Assembly (NCBI RefSeq): GCF_001949145.1
Contig: NW_019091358.1
Location: 93,984-157,983 of the forward strand
DNA length: 64,000 nt
Direction: 5' to 3'
Source of the DNA: Acanthaster planci
Taxonomy: Eukaryota
Part shown: piece by piece, positions 53,440-63,536 of the stretch
How the letters are laid out: each line of letters opens with the position of its first letter
How positions within the stretch are numbered: position 1 is the first letter of the stretch
Translations under genes and position numbers: made by a program
The notes under the pieces: generated by a model
What the model was told of the DNA's origin: nothing
Databases searched by the model: none
The model's input: the letters and a program-made list of their open reading frames with translations, nothing else

Positions 53440-54689
53440 GTAAATGACCATTGACCATGTGTAAACTGCTCATTGTAGGCACTAGGCCTTCGTCCAAAGT
53501 AGGCACATCTACACGTAAGTATAAAATTCGAATGACCATACGTTTGCTATCTTGGCGGTACCATTGCCCAGGTCCATGCATTTAACCAGCTCTGTGCTAT
53601 CGCCTATCAAGTGAGAAGTTGAGAACCAGGACCCTTGCTGGAATAATTTGCTCCAAGGGTCCGCTCAGGGCTTCTGGTATGACTGCCATATGACCATTGA
53701 CCAAGCCAATTCAGATACAACACCACCTGCATTACATGGTGCATGGGATCTCAGGTTGTGCGCGCATAACCACAGGCTGGTACGCGTTGCTCATGCATTG
53801 CCGAGTTGAAGTACATGTACACAACGTAGTTCTGTTGTTATTGAAAACCTGAAGCACATAAGTCACTGGCTCCTTCATTGTCGCAATGGTAGCACACACT
53901 CTGTGGTCTGGCATGCAATGTTTAATGAGGCTGATGATCTATGTTTCATTGTTCAGCAAAAAACAGATGTACATTAACTCATGCGCTAGCGCTGTGTAGT
54001 CAACAATCTATTACTTGTGTTCTTTTTCATCAAAGACAAAACTTCAAAAACACACTGCAGCAGTTCATAAAAACAGGTTTAAATATTACACTGAAATTCA
54101 AAGGCTACTGATGAAACGATCAAGAGAAATGCCACAAAAAATGCCATACATGGACTCATTGGACTGAAGCAACACTGCCAAATGGATCATAATGTCTATC
54201 CTGATCAAATTCACTAATTATATAACAGTGGTTAACGGCGTTTTGACTTGTTGATGTGTTGACTTGTTGACGGTACTGTGCATATTGACGGTGTATACGA
54301 ACGGTATTGTGTATGTTGATGGCGTGTTGACGTTAATTAGTAAGACTTCTGCAGTGTGTTTATTCCAAGATGGCCACCTACATGTACATGGCAAGGTTGC
54401 CAGGCCAGTGCTATACAAGGTTACCATGTTGGCTAGCCTTGATCAAGGTGTTTTACGATGATTTTTACAGCCCCGGCCATCAGGCCTGCTGTACCTGTGT
54501 TGCTGAAACACTGCACAATGTGTTTCGAAATACCCTTTACTGCAGCAGGTTGGCTTTATACATGTAGCTTTTAACATGTATGGTACATTGCACAGTACGT
54601 CAGGCCGTTATGCTTTGTGAGTGACATCCAATTCCCAGTGAAGGCATTACCCCACTCTCCGATTGTTCATGTGTGTGCTTTGATTGACG

Positions 54690-55020
54690 ATCATTCACAC
54701 TGTGAATTTATTTTAGAAATCAAAGAACGACTTTCTTGTGAAAAACTAAGCCAAAAAAAAGGAAAGAAAAAGGAGAGTAGTTGCGTTACACGATGTCTTG
54801 AAATAGAGAAAACGTAGGAGAAAAGACATGAAATAGATAGTTGTTGCATTACAAGATATTTTGGAATACAGGTAATTGTACATGAAGTAATTGGTTTCAA
54901 GTATAATAAACCTTGAAGGAGTTGCCCTAAAATTTCATGTACTATTTCATTTACGATGTCTTGGAATACATGAAACTTGGCACAAATGAGCAATTGATTC
55001 AAGTGTGATAAACCTTGAAA
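54690..55020. repeat. Copy of the piggyBac-associated 3' non-coding region (matches 27170-27455)
   Basis: atcattcacactgtgaattt...gagagtagttgcgttacacgat...aaaccttgaaggagttgc is shared. Confidence 0.7.
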
Positions 55021-56885
55021 CAAGGAGCAGCGCAAAGTGCTACTTCACAAATTTCACACATAAATTTAATCTCTTTTCTTTGACCGTTTATTAAACAAAC
55101 ATCACATGATCTAGCTTGTGTTCCAGTCTGGGTCCTAGTGTTTTGAACCTTTCCCCAAATTGTCTACCGATGTACACTCAAATGGAAATTGCAACAAGGC
55201 TGCCATGCCCTTGCTGATATTAAACATGAAAATTGGCTTCTCCTTGACAATCTCTTGGCAGCATTGTATTGTGAATTGCTGTTATTCAGTTGCATCAACG
55301 CATTGCAGCGAACAATGACAGGTTTGTTGTTGTAGTTTACGCCCGTGTATGTCACTACAAATTGAAGCATTGCACAAAGTGAAGTTCAATTAAGAAATGT
55401 CTTTTTTCCAGTTACCCAATTATATGCCTTCCTCCGTCAACCTTGGTCAGGTCTTCATCCCAATTCAGTTAATTAATGTGCAGGTCACTGGTATGCCTTT
55501 GCACAGGTGGTTTTCCTCAGTTTGCTGTTGTTGGCCATGCATTTTATTGGTGTTGTTGGCATTGTGTTGATGCATTGATATAACTTTGACTGGGATTGGT
55601 GATTTGTTTCTTCTCCACCTTTTCTTGAGGGATTTTGATGAGTGAGTATGAAATTCCAAGGTTGTGAATGTGGTCTTTGTTTGAGGAGACTGTGAACTGT
55701 GGTTCCAAAATTAGCTGTTTGCCAAATTTGCTTGTTAGTGGTGTAACAAGTCCCCCAACATCGGAAAGCCAAAATTTAAAATTAATCCAGTGGTGCAACT
55801 AATGCCACCTAAAATAACTGCCTAAGTTACGATGTGGGCATGAGAGAGGCATGAATAAGACAACCCAGCCAGTAGATGGTTAAAAAAATAGTGAAGATTC
55901 CATTGAACTAACTATGAAAGAATCATTAGTTTTGTGGATCCCCATGTTCCAGTAGTGAGTACATGCGTGTTCGTGGTATATCGTGTTATCAATTCTCCAC
56001 CAGTACAGGCCATTTCTTAGTACGGCCTCTCAGTCTGGCCCTACTAAATTATTGCTGTGTAATTCGGTGAATCCTATAACATTTCTTTCAGATTGAGTTA
56101 CTCTGCACATATTTCTACAAATCAATTATTCTATCACAAATCAAAAAGGAATTTTTTTTTATATTTTAAACTAAGTCCCCGCACTAAATTTACTCAAATC
56201 TGAATTTACTCTACGTGTACCTCACTTCTTTTGTTAAATTCCATAAATAAACTTATGTTTTTTAGACTTTGTTTAATGCTTGATGAACAATCCCAGATTG
56301 GGTGCTGATATACCAGTACCAGGGATACTTTCACAGGCTGATGAATTTATCATTAGATTTGCCAAACTGCTGGATGGAAGAATCAGCTAAACCCTGGCCA
56401 TCGTCGGTTTCCACCACAACCTTACTTGAATTATTTTCTCTCTCTCTGACCGTTTTCTGTCTCGATCTCAATTGCATCTCTCGATTTTGGTTTCCCCCAG
56501 CTAAAAAAAAAAAAGTTTTGCGTCCATCCCCATGGCCCAACAATACATGTGTTATATAATTCGACCCCAATTTGTAATACCGTATGACGCAATGCGTAAA
56601 ATAAAAGGCGTACACGCTGAATTGTCATTGGCTAAAATGCATTTGCGTTGCCAATGGCGATTGGATAAAACTTGTATGAACGTCATATGAAAACAAAATA
56701 CAGTGTCGCATGATTCGAATGCACCGGAGAAATTTCTATGAGCACACCGTGACAGAATTGTCACCAGTTTTTAACTCTGCTTTAACCATGCGCCATTCCT
56801 GATATTTGCCTTTTGTGAAAAAGCCTAAGGACTTTGCAATCTATTACCATAGTATAACAATACGTTTGTTTTATTTTCTTTGTAG

Positions 56886-56945
56886 CCACAATTGGAGCTG
56901 ATTGATGCAAGTTTCAACAAGCTTTACACGTTGGATGGATTCAGA
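56886..56945 (+). CDS. LRRC9: LRRC9 internal 60-nt exon (phase 0 to 0)
   Basis: ctttgtag|...AGA|gtaaat; encodes PQLELIDASFNKLYTLDGFR, the next LRR. Confidence 0.85.
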
Positions 56946-58049
56946 GTAAATATTTTTTTTATTGAGTTTGCACGTGCAAGTATATAGATACATAGATCTC
57001 TGCATATTTTAGCATGGTTGCGTTATTTCTGGTAAACTGTTACCGTTGTTATACCTGTCAGTCATTGCTTGGGTACAGTAAGGATGGGAGTCACCCATAA
57101 GGAAGAAATGTTTGAAGGTAGTGTGGCAGCATTTCCGAAAATTTTAAAAGATATACATTTCCACAGGAGTACCACCAACACGTGGATGACTGTACAGAGT
57201 GAATGTTTATGAGTGCAGTGGTTCGCCTCTGATAATAAAACATTGAATCTGTCACTTCATGAATTTATTTCTATTGAACAAACTATGAGTCGCCTGTTAT
57301 TTATTTTTTATACTGTAGCTGCCTAAATCCCTGCCGCCCAATGGATAGGTCGTTGATCCGATGTGATTGAATTATGTTTAGAAGTTTATTTCACTTGCAT
57401 GGTTCCAGCCTTCATTTCATATTTTCTATTCATAGTAAGAAAGAGTAAAATAATATAGGAACAGGAACCAGTCTAACATTACATAAAACTACTAGTGGGT
57501 GGTGCTTCGGACATGAATCTGTTGCACAAAACCGTGGACGTAATATGAAAAGACTGTTAATTTTTTTCTCCAAACGGCAGTGGATTTATGGAGGTGTTGT
57601 ATAAAATAAAGTAGAGAATGTTCATAAGTGAAATGAATGAAAAGTGGAATAATTTCCTAAGGTGACAGATGAAATATTCTTTTCCACGAGGCCAATATTT
57701 GTTTAATACCACATCTGAATGTGAACTTGTACAAGTTGGAGGTTTACTTTGCCTGTCCAAAGTCAGAGTAAAAAGTCAACATAAATTTTCTCAATTTGAC
57801 TGCATGCTTAAACAGATGGCCCTTTGTGTCTTACAATTTAATAATTTGACAACCTAGTTAGTTCCTTTCTATTAGAAGCATAACCTTAATACTCAACTCA
57901 AAAACCATAACAATGGTGCATTTCTTGGACAGCTTGTCTTACCACTGCTGGATTGTTGCACATGACATTGATTTTGTTTAGAATTCAAGTTCGTAACTCA
58001 GCAACATCATGTGCAGGATTTGAACAACAATCTGTGTAAAATAAGGTGG

Positions 58050-58260
58050 CCTAGTTGGCCATTCCATTGCATGATTGAGGGCTATCTCTCTGTCTTCAAA
58101 GAATTCCCTTAATCTCTGTGAAATTAGTGTTGATGAAGCAGGTAGAAATGTGGAAGGTGTTACTAAATGAGAAGGTAAGTCATCATCCTCTTGTGTCAAT
58201 ATTTTTTTCCATAGAATGTTTATCCAGTGTTAGGATGAATAGAAATTGATCGAGTTGGCA
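58050..58260 (-). pseudogene. Tc1/mariner-like transposase remnant
   Basis: LREFFEDREIALNHAMEWPTRPPYFT resembles the WPPRSPDLTP motif. Confidence 0.45.
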
Positions 58261-58625
58261 TCTGCCCAATTGGGAAAGAGGATGTTTCTACCTATCAATT
58301 TGAAAAACAATGGTACTTGCTTGACGCAAATGTTTGTTCCACTCATATACCAAATTATTGACTGACCCAAAGCAAAGGTACAACACCCAGTAGTAGGGAC
58401 CGGTATTTACTAGAGCAGCCCCTCTTTTTCACTTCCTGGATCAGCGCGGGACTTAACCGACTTTCCAGATCAGCGCGGGACTTCCCCAAAAAAATTGTGA
58501 CCCGACTTCCCAAACCGGCAATTGCGGAGCCCCCCAGGACTTTCCACCGACGGAAAATAGCTCAACTCTGGACGATCCAGGAAAACAAAACAAAAACAAT
58601 TTCTCAACGATTTTATAAAAATCAA

Positions 58626-58871
58626 ATGACTCTAGCTTTAGTCACCAAAATCGAATACGCTAAATTAGTCGCCGCTCACGCCACGTGGTTAGTCGTCAAC
58701 GGCTACGAATCACAATGAGATTTAATCGCACAGGCAAAGTTAGACAGGCAAAACCAAAGGCACCGCATTTGTTTAATGAGAAAGACTAAGACTGGCAAAG
58801 AAGTTTACAAGCCGAATGAAATATTTATTTCCGACGATTTATGCGCCGCTAAAAAAATGAAAAATGAATAG
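58626..58871 (+). pseudogene. RNA polymerase subunit Rpb6/RpoK-like protein (one in-frame TGA at 58716-18)
   Basis: MTLALVTKIEYAKLVAAHATWL...*DLIAQAKLD.......ICLMRKTKTGKEVYKPNEIFI aligns by eye with Rpb6 TKYERARVLGTRALQI...DPLQIAMKEL...IIIRR....G..E.W...ELII. Confidence 0.5.
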
Positions 58872-58882
58872 AGACTATATAA

Positions 58883-59116
58883 ATGGAAATGATAAACCAT
58901 AAAACAAACGTGAATTGTTATTTTTGCAAAGACAAGAGAAATTCAGTTGACTTGATGAGATGTAATAACTCCACTTGCGGCGAGTGCGGCAGGTGTATAA
59001 ATTGCGTATATTGTTTAAATTCATACGACTGCCAAAATTCAAGCGCCTTGGACAGTTGCGAAGATTGTTACGATTTGATCTCACGCTGTGAGAAAAAATA
59101 TTTTATGAATGTGTGA
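58883..59116 (+). CDS. Small cysteine-repeat protein (77 aa), function unknown
   Basis: Intact ORF after TATATAAATG with CxxC periodicity (CGECGRCINCVYCLNSYDC...CEDCYDL). Confidence 0.6.
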   Translation: MEMINHKTNVNCYFCKDKRNSVDLMRCNNSTCGECGRCINCVYCLNSYDCQNSSALDSCEDCYDLISRCEKKYFMNV

Positions 59117-59759
59117 TGCCCATTCCGAGTGACAACGTATTTGACGCGTTGCACAGTAATTACGATCATAGAAAATTCACTGGCCATTCATTTTTGTTCA
59201 GACCAAGAGAATGATAAAATAGCAAGGGAATAAAATCAGGAGAGTATTCCAAATAAAGTCTCTGGGGAGCTTTCATCCAACCAAAGATTGACAGCTGACC
59301 CGACCGTCTAGTACAACAGTTGTTCCGGTAGACTTGGTTGCGTCTTCTGATTGACAGCCCGCCTTGGCATTTCTTTTCCTAACACCCTACCCGCCAAATA
59401 TAGTAATACTTCCTTCCTTGACATTTTCTATCCTAACCTAGATCACGTGTGGTTTTTATTAATTTCCACTAACACAACCGCCCAGTTATTTTATTCAGAG
59501 CACCCAACCCACCAAAAATATAAATATTTTTATCCCCCTTGGCATTTCTTTAAGGTTTTAATTTTTTTCTGCACCATGGTCTCTTTTTTATTCCGAGCAC
59601 CCAACCCGCCAATAATATTAATTCTTCCTTCCTATCCTCTGCATTTTCTATCCACACCTTGATCACTTGTGGTTTTTGTTAAGAATGTATAAAATGTGGG
59701 AAGTCGGTACATCAACGGAACAGAATGAGCATTTATAAGAGGGAAGAAAAAACATCTTA

Positions 59760-60020
59760 TCGGACCAAACACTGTTGACACTTATTGAGCCAAGGCTCAA
59801 GAACAGCTTGTATGCACGTTCTTCGCATCTTTGTTGTGACCCTGCCATTCTCGCACGCGCAAGAACGGTCAATTAACATAATAATACTCTCCGAGTCACT
59901 CATGCAAGCGAAGGGGCAGGAACGGGTTCCGAGGTGCTCTTCGGAATGGGGGTGAACGGGAGGGCGTGCAGAACGGAAGGGAACGCGTGCGAACGGTCTC
60001 TATATTTTTGATCCCGTCCC
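59760..60020 (-). repeat. Host dispersed repeat inserted into the pPolB gene
   Basis: Reverse complement of 34546-34805; begins exactly where pPolB homology stops (DKNTEF). Confidence 0.75.
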
Positions 60021-60604
60021 AAACTCGGTATTTTTATCGATATAACTCTTCATCCAAGGCGCTTGTTTAAATGACATCATGTGATGCACCTGTTTTAACT
60101 GGAGACCAAGTTCTAAATATTTCTGCAACGTTCGATAATGAACCACATATTTATTCTTGGTGTTTAAAGTCGACACGAGTTTATCTACCGAGGTACTTCA
60201 CTCACCGTGGGGTGTTAAGTCTTTTTGGTATTCTGACAGCCATTCATTTGGAATCGATATATTTTCCGGTACCAGTGGGAAGTTGTTAATAAGAGGACGT
60301 CCGTCTCGACATATAAATCGTGGTAATCTCCGAGATGACAGCAGTTGAACGTTTTCCATATGTTTTGAGCTCGATAATATTCTTACTCAGTAACAGATGC
60401 CTGCCTCAACGACCTGTAAAAAGTGGCTTGAGGAGGCAGTTGTGATTCTTCAAATTTATCAAAGGAGTTTATGTGTTCGTACGGGTAAATCCCCTTTTCT
60501 AAAAGTAAATCTGCATTATTTGGGAATCTTTCGTGGAGTAGATTAAAATCGTCGGGTGAACAATTCTTAACCAGCCGATCGAGAGATGCAGCCATGAAAT
60601 GAAA
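60021..60604 (-). pseudogene. Protein-primed DNA polymerase B remnant (KGxYPYE type), truncated at both ends and internally deleted
   Basis: FHFMAASLDRLV...KGIYPYEHINSFDKFEESQLPP..FY.SL....*EYYRAQNIWKTF...LGDYHDLYVETDVLLL is joined directly to NFPLVPE...KYVVHYRTLQKYLELG...FKQAPWMKSYIDKNT. Confidence 0.92.
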
Positions 60605-60679
60605 TGTAATTCTTGGTGTTTTTAGTGATGACTTTAATTTTACTCCTGTGCTCCCTGCATAATTAGATACGCGTCGTAT

Positions 60680-60910
60680 TTGCACCTGCTGCGTAAATTG
60701 TGTCGAGTTGGAAGGAATGATCACGTGGTGCTCGTAGACGGTAAGCATAAACAGCTGAGGCACGCGCGAGAAAACGAGCCACTGCCTGATTTAGCGACAA
60801 AACTCGACACGGATTTATACAAAAGTGGATTAATTATTGAATACGACGTTGACATTGAACATTTAATTAAAGTAGAAATCCCACCGAAGTTAATAGACGC
60901 GGCCGAATAA
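60680..60910 (+). pseudogene. 3' part of an unknown viral ORF
   Basis: Open frame ends TAA just before the next gene; 5' end lost near the pPolB breakpoint; no motif recognised. Confidence 0.35.
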
Positions 60911-60925
60911 AAATGAGAAGAATTT

Positions 60926-61670
60926 ATGACAAAGCCGGGAAAATCAGAACCATGTCAAGTATATATCGTTTCAGACGACCACAAGCATCTCAATGCCAAC
61001 AACTGGGACCCCAATGTTACCTACGGTCCCTTTGACCCGAGTAAATAAATTATTTCAAAACCTGTGATTAAAGAAGGCACCCACTTGAGTCAATGCAGCT
61101 CACCCATTTTTTACCATCACAACGGCCAAAATAAACGCCTGTTGATTATGACGAGAGAACCCTGCTACGGTATAAACCTGCTTTACAAATACAGCACTCG
61201 AGATAAAACCCCCGAAAACATCAAAGGCCGTCAAATTTGCTATCAAATACAACAACCTACGACAAACATACTCGATCACATAAATTTGGCCGTTTATAAA
61301 TTTGTTGAATCTCAAGAGTCGAATCTCCCGTCTAACACTGTAAACAAATGTATGTTAAAACAGATCCCTATGCCTCTCTATTTGATCACCAAAAAGACTC
61401 ATTGACTCGTCAAATATGGATAAATTTATCAATAAGAGATGCGACGCACAATCATTTATTTGTCCAAAAGACGTATACTACGGTACCCACTGTTCACTGT
61501 CGTGCGGCGCCAGCGTTCGGTATAGAGTGACAGCGGCAATGTTGAAAATTAGAAACGACGGACTAATTTCAAATAAGTCGGTGTTGCAAGCGTTTAGCGG
61601 ATATGGATTTGAATCTGGATCTGAATCTGGATCTGGATCTGAAACTCCCGTGAAATTAAAAGTTGATTAA
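60926..61670 (+). pseudogene. DUF2738-like (NCLDV-type) ssDNA-binding protein, one stop and two frameshifts
   Basis: FDPSK*IISKP...PIFY...RLLIMT..PCYGIN...TPENIKGRQICY, then SLFDHQKD...IWINL, then DVYYGTH....GASVRYRV and a Ser/Gly/Glu tail. Confidence 0.5.
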
Positions 61671-61706
61671 ATTTGAATACTTAACTTATGATGAAAAAAT
61701 CAATTG

Positions 61707-61738
61707 AACCTCGGTTATTCCGAGGAATAACCGAGGTT
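61707..61738. terminator. Perfect intergenic hairpin followed by a T-run
   Basis: aacctcggttattcc-ga-ggaataaccgaggtt (15-bp arms), with an A-run upstream and a T-run downstream. Confidence 0.55.
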
Positions 61739-61776
61739 AATTTTTTTGCCTTAAATAAATGGACTATTAATAAAAA

Positions 61777-62322
61777 ATGACAGACGCAGAGATTTATCAT
61801 TTAACCGGCTCATTACCTAAATGGCCAACCCCACCATCACGACCAAAAAACATGTGTGATCATTATGTAGTAGAAATAAACGACAGATATGCGTGTAAAC
61901 ATTGTGGTATAATTTTGGGGTGGGTTTCCTCTTACACCCCTGTAGACATGGGAGATAGATATTACAAGCATCACGTTTGGAAAAAAACGCCACCCCCAAA
62001 ATCGAGAAAAACTTTAAAAAAGTTTAACGTTCAATTGGAGAATGGTGAAGCGGGTGAAATAAAATATAAGTTAAATCGAGTTCTAAACGGCAAGATCTCT
62101 AGAGGTAAACTGTTGAAGGCTTTAATTGCGGTATGTTATCAAGACGTGACAAAAGAACCTACAGAAGCCGTAAAAGATCTATTTCAAGTTTCGGATAAGC
62201 ACTGGGAAAACGCCTTTGACAAATTAAACCTCGCCAAACAAGATTTCCAAAAANNNNNNNNNNNNNNNNNNNNNNNNNNNNNNNNNNNNNNNNNNNNNNN
62301 NNNNNNNCGTATAGATTGCTAA
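61777..62322 (+). CDS. TFIIB-like protein (Zn ribbon plus one cyclin-fold repeat); 3' end in gap
   Basis: CDH...YACKHCGIILG zinc ribbon and RVLNGKISRGKLLKALIAVCY, matching the TFIIB RG....A..AC helix. Confidence 0.65.
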   Translation: MTDAEIYHLTGSLPKWPTPPSRPKNMCDHYVVEINDRYACKHCGIILGWVSSYTPVDMGDRYYKHHVWKKTPPPKSRKTLKKFNVQLENGEAGEIKYKLNRVLNGKISRGKLLKALIAVCYQDVTKEPTEAVKDLFQVSDKHWENAFDKLNLAKQDFQKXXXXXXXXXXXXXXXXXXRIDC

Positions 62323-62377
62323 ACAAGATTTTTCAAAATGTATAGATTGACCAAACAAGATTTTTCAAAACGTATAT
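62234..62377 (+). repeat. 31-32 bp tandem repeat around gap 62254-62307
   Basis: Units cgtatagattgctaaacaagatttttcaaaa (62308-38) and tgtatagattgaccaaacaagatttttcaaaa (62339-70), with a partial unit before the gap. Confidence 0.75.
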
Positions 62378-62383
62378 AATAAA

Positions 62384-63536
62384 ATGGAGACTCACACGTT
62401 TTACTTAACCGAGAGCGAGCAGACGTTTAAATTGAAAGATGTCCTTAAAAACACCAAAGGCGACAAAGTCGTCCGAGTAAAGAATATTCAGTTTGAAGCT
62501 GGATATTTTAACGTAACAAAAGCGGCTGAAATTGAGTGGGATACAAACTTGGACGCTAGGCCCGCGGGGGTCCGTGGCGAACGACCGCCTGGAATACCTT
62601 CAGAGGAAAGAACGGAAGTATCTCCCAATTCAGAATTAGTACAAACAGCTAAAACCAGATTGATCCCAGCAAATAAAAAAGGCACTTTAGCAGAAGAAAT
62701 CAGCATCATCGCTGAGGAAATTGAGCAGCTAAACCAAGAAATCGCAACTTTGGAAGAGCAGTTAAACCAAAAACAACCATTAGAAACGCGAGCTCGTTTA
62801 GCTTATGATATCAACGATAAAAAAGTCAAATCAGCTTCACTGCTCGAGGGGCAAAGACAAGCCTTGGATGAAATTTATGAAGGGAATCCCCCAGCTCAAC
62901 ATACAATAAACTCCCCCGTACAACCCACGAGACCCAGAAGAGAATTAATTAAAAGACTTTTTTTGACGGGGCTAACAGAACTTATATACGATAGACTTCA
63001 TTCTTGAAGCTCATCTCAACCATTACCCGAGAGTAGGAAGCATCGTGGTATCCCCCGGTTATTATAACATGGACTGGTTTCACTTTTTGTTAAACTCGAT
63101 TCCAGGCGTTTCTTTTAAGGTTCACTCAGAATCTAAAAGGGTGACTTTGGCCATTACGGACCCCAATCTCAAGTTGCAACTAAATAAAGAAGTGTCTAAG
63201 CCATTGAACCTACCCAAAATAAAACTTTTACCCAACGTCATTTATGAAGGCAAGTACCATTTAAACCCCTTGAAACTCACGTTTATTCATTGCAAACAAT
63301 TAAATACATTTGACAACTTTTACAACGGGCAGTCTTCAGACTTGCTATACGTGATTGCTACCAAGCCTTGCACCTCAACACTCGTGACGTGTAAAACGTC
63401 TAAAAAGTTAATACACAGAAACATCAGTGAATTGACTTTTTCTGTTAAAAACGATCGAGGTGAGCTCTTGAATAATATCGGCAAAATATTAATCAAGTTA
63501 GACATTTTAAAAAACGTGTATATAATAAAAAGATGA
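62384..63536 (+). pseudogene. Minor capsid protein (penton)-like, frameshifted near 62960-63000, with an internal coiled-coil insertion
   Basis: N-terminal beta-strand region to GYFNVT; C-terminal VSPGYYN...FIHCKQL...FYNGQSSDLL...ISELTFSVKNDRGELL....I.IKLDI fits the Polinton penton pattern. Confidence 0.7.

Noticed and set aside
61416..61670. YYGTHCSLSC as a VLTF2-like zinc finger
   Set aside because: No upstream CxxC half. The wider context YYGTH....GASVRYRV fits better as the C-terminus of the SSB-like gene.
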